NCBI RefSeq assembly: GCF_006345805.1
Contig: NW_021826727.1
Location: forward strand, 1 to 12,001
Reading direction: 5' to 3'
Length of the DNA: 12,001 nucleotides
Source of the DNA: Octopus sinensis
Taxonomy: Eukaryota
Positions 9,322 through 12,001 of the stretch are shown piece after piece. Position 1 is the stretch's first letter; each line of letters starts with the position of its first letter. A model generated the notes under the pieces. The model was not told where the DNA came from. It worked only from the letters and a program-made list of their open reading frames with translations, and made no database searches. The position numbers and the translations under genes were made by a program.

Positions 9322-9655
9322 TATATATATATATATATATATGTATATGTATGTATGTATGTATGTATACGTGTGTATATGTTTGTGTGTCAGTTTTGCC
9401 CCCCCCCACATCGCTTGACAACCGATGCTGGTGTGTTTACACCCGCGTAACTTACCGGTTCGGCAAAGAGACCAATATAATAAGTACTAGGCTTACAAGC
9501 AATAAGTCCTGGGTCGATTTGCTCGACTAAAGGCGGTGCTCCAGCATGGTCGCAGTCAAATGATTGAAACAAGTAAAAGAGTAAAAGAGAGTATCCATTC
9601 AAAGGTTCTTGAATGCTTTTTAAGTAGAGACTCGCTCCTATACACATACAGATTA

Positions 9656-9983
9656 TTGACACTCCGTCGGTTACGACGACGAGTGTTCCAGCTGATTCGC
9701 TCAACGGGGCAGTCTGTTCGTGAAATTAACTTGCAAGTGGCTGAGCACTCCACAGACACGCGTACCCTTAATATATTTCTCAAGGAGATTCAGCTTGACA
9801 AGCAGAATGTGAGAAGGTTGCGCCTTTGAAATACAGGTACTACTAATTTTTTTCCAGATGAGTGGAGGGGAGCAACGTGAAATAAAAGGTCTTGCTCAAG
9901 AACATAACACTCTGCCTGAAATCGAATTCACGACCTTACGCTTTCGGATTGGATACCCCAACCACTTCGCCATGCACCTCCAC
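9656..9983 (-). mobile_element. tRNA-derived SINE (family S2), about 330 bp
   Basis: Minus strand: A-box TGGCGAAGTGG (9962-9972), degenerate B-box GAATTCGATTTC (9918-9929), then TTCTTGAGCAAGAC (CORE-like). The 3' end ctcgtcgtcgtaaccgacggagtg differs from S1. Confidence 0.78.
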
Positions 9984-9995
9984 ATAAAAATATAC

Positions 9996-10018
9996 TCGCA
10001 CACACGTACGTACACACA

Positions 10019-10056
<38 letters not shown>

Positions 10057-10080
10057 ACACACACACACACATACACGTAT
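9996..10080. repeat. (CA)n microsatellite
   Basis: Read directly. Confidence 0.95.
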
Positions 10081-10084
10081 ACAC

Positions 10085-10382
10085 TATTCTTTTATTCTAT
10101 TTATTGCTTTATTTGTTTCACTTGACTGCGGCCATGCTGGAGCACCGCCTTTAATCGAACAAATGGACCCCAGGACTTATTTTTTGTAAGCCTAGTACTT
10201 GTTCTATCGGTCTCTTTTGCCGAACCGCTAGGTTATGGAGACGTAAACACACCAACATCAATTGTCAAGCGATGTTGGGGGGAACAAACACAGACACACA
10301 CACACACCACACACACACACACACATATAGATATATACAACAGGTTTCTCTCAGTTTCCGTCAACCAAATCCATTCACTAGG
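10085..10382 (-). mobile_element. SINE family S1, second copy, lacking the tRNA head
   Basis: Its reverse complement aligns with about 9101-9150 and 9391-9590 (acatcgcttgacaa, cggttcggcaaa, aagtactaggcttacaa, taaaggcggtgctccagcatgg). It contains an internal CA/TA microsatellite. Confidence 0.88.
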
Positions 10383-10504
10383 GTAGTCATGATGGATATA
10401 CTGGGCTTCGTATATTTTACTCCAGTGTCACTTTGATTGCATGCACTGCTCTCTCACTCAATAATAATGATAATAATAATAATGATGATGATGATGATGA
10501 TGAT

Positions 10505-10538
<34 letters not shown>
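10381..10538 (+). mobile_element. Family B repeat, copy 3 (last 80 bp) with (AAT)(GAT)(AAC) tail
   Basis: gtagtcatgatggatatactgggcttcgtatatttt..ccagtgtca..gcatgcactgctctctcactc matches about 3400-3480. Confidence 0.8.
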
Positions 10539-10539
<1 letters not shown>

Positions 10540-10690
10540 GAGTACTCAGAGAGCGCGAGCCTCCGCCAAGCCAACACCAATGTCCTCTCAACGTTTAGCC
10601 AGAGATGACTTTTACAATGAGAATATCTGAAATAAAGTCGACTGCTCTCACAAACGAGAATACTAAAAATGAACTCTAGTCATTTACGTC
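10539..10690. other. Possible fragment of an unclassified interspersed repeat
   Basis: Begins aagagtactcagagagcgcgagcctccgccaag, which I recall as a recurrent cephalopod repeat terminus. It is single-copy in this window, so it cannot be verified here. Confidence 0.3.
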
Positions 10691-10694
10691 AACT

Positions 10695-10777
10695 TGAACT
10701 TCTACCTTGTTGTCTCTTGAGGTCTCTCGGTGAGACTTGGAGCCAACTTGTTTAAATACTAAGCAAAAGTCAAACAC

Positions 10778-10820
<43 letters not shown>

Positions 10821-10834
10821 TGATAATAATAATA

Positions 10835-10865
<31 letters not shown>

Positions 10866-10903
10866 TTATAATAATAATAATAATAATAATAATGATAATA
10901 ATA
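10695..10903 (+). mobile_element. Family C retroelement 3' end, copy 1, with (AAT)n tail
   Basis: ccaacttgtttaaatactaagcaaaagtcaaacacata plus (ATA)n matches 10940-10980; tail at 10778-10903. Confidence 0.65.
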
Positions 10904-10905
10904 AA

Positions 10906-10996
10906 ATATATGGCACACTAGGCATAACAACATGAACTTCCAACTTGTACAAATATAAAGCAAAAGCCAAACATAAATATAATAATAATAATAATA

Positions 10997-11044
<48 letters not shown>

Positions 11045-11112
11045 GTAATAATAATAATAATATAATAATAATAATAATAATAATAGTAATAATAATAATA
11101 GTAATAATAATA

Positions 11113-11164
<52 letters not shown>

Positions 11165-11165
11165 T
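10906..11165 (+). mobile_element. Family C retroelement 3' end, copy 2, with (AAT)n tail
   Basis: tgaacttccaacttgtacaaatataaagcaaaagccaaacataaat plus (AAT)n at 10979-11165. Confidence 0.65.
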
Positions 11166-11443
11166 AGTAAACACCTTGATGTAACCCAAAAAACTTAATT
11201 GATCTGACTGTCCAGCGCCCCATAATACGCTCAGATTGTATGAGCAAGCTCACCGCCTTGTTCAAATTAATCTTTGCTTCTGCCACAGGCTCGTATTCAC
11301 TTAGAGTGGTAACCACTGGTCATCTCTGCTATTCGATACCAGTAGGTGACGGTGAATGCTCCTCGACACCCTGGCTTTTCGAAGCGGTGATTCGTCGGTA
11401 CAAAAGAGAAGAAAGACAAATATGTGATATGAAGGACCGAACA

Positions 11444-11842
11444 TCTTTATATATAAAAGTGAAGTTGTGTGTCTGTCTCCTACGATTTAGATTCCTAACT
11501 ACTCCCATATTTTGCGGTGCAGTTTAACCAAAACCGGGTACCTTATAGTCGTGATTCATATCGAGCCCTTCTGGGTATTAGCGCGCGTCTACGATGAGTC
11601 TACGATTTTAAAAATAATTTACGATCATTTTTTCCATTTTAATGCATTTTTTCGCAATTATATAAGGGAAGTAACTCTCTAAAAATGTCTACGATGAGTC
11701 AACGATTAAAAAAAAAAATTACCATAATTTTTTTTTCCATTTTTAATGCATTTATTTTGTTATTTTTTGGCTATAACTCTCTAAAAATGCTTATATAGTT
11801 ATTTCCCTTACAAACCCGAGCAACGCCGGGCGATACTGCTAC
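11444..11842 (+). mobile_element. Non-autonomous Helitron (399 bp)
   Basis: 5' TCTTTATATATAAAAG follows host A11443. 3' hairpin CCCGAGCAACGCCGGG at 11815-11830, 8-nt spacer, then CTAC (canonical CTRR) before host T11843. A/T insertion site with no TSD. Confidence 0.8.
11587..11788 (+). repeat. Two imperfect tandem copies of about 100 bp inside the Helitron
   Basis: 11587-11686 and 11687-11788 both start gtctacgatgagtc and end taactctctaaaaat. Confidence 0.92.
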
Positions 11843-12001
11843 TGTGATATAAATCACAATATTTTCGGTTTTGAAAGCAACGCCTTTACTCTTTAGTCGT
11901 TACTCTTCTTATAGACAAAATGCTTGTCCACATAACAACCAGAGCTTCGGTTTTCTTATCACTCGAGAGCATAGGAAAATATTCACTCTTTTCTGTGAAG
12001 C

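Larger units (their letters stand above)
8988..9590 (+). mobile_element. tRNA-derived SINE (family S1, CORE-like), apparently full length, with internal microsatellite interrupted by a 163-bp insert
   Basis: A-box-like TGGCTGTGTGG at 8992-9002, B-box GGTTCAGTCCC at 9035-9045, CCTTGGGCAAGT at 9057-9068 (as in the MIR/CORE domain). The 3' part 9391-9590 ends in catggtcgcagtcaaatgattgaaac plus (GTAAAAGA)2, reminiscent of RTE/Bov-B tails. Homologous to the minus copy at 10085-10382. Confidence 0.85.

Noticed and set aside
11843-11858. TGTGA-TATAAA-TCACA, a perfect bacterial CRP-site palindrome
   Set aside because: The context is a eukaryotic repeat landscape; a 5-bp-arm palindrome is expected by chance.

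Overview
AT-rich eukaryotic, repeat-dominated window with no recognisable host gene. The repeat types suggest an octopus or other coleoid cephalopod genome (inference, from recall of such repeats). It holds: (1) a decayed R4/Dong-like non-LTR retrotransposon with RT, CCHC knuckle and restriction-like endonuclease, ending in an (AAT)n tail (1-2431); (2) two head-to-tail trains of 5'-truncated, (AAT)n-tailed retroelement 3' ends, all on the + strand (2665-3492 and 10381-11165); (3) three tRNA-derived SINE copies from two families (8988-10382), two forming an inverted pair; (4) a 437-bp MITE-like element with perfect 21-bp TIRs; (5) a 399-bp non-autonomous Helitron; (6) many simple and compound microsatellites, which explain most ORFs in the track. 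The most interesting signal is two different short inserts in (TA)n tracts, each carrying a minimal type-I hammerhead-ribozyme-like fold (9187-9230 +, 7429-7464 -). The first differs from a canonical core mainly by changes that look like CpG decay. All alignments and folds were done by eye.
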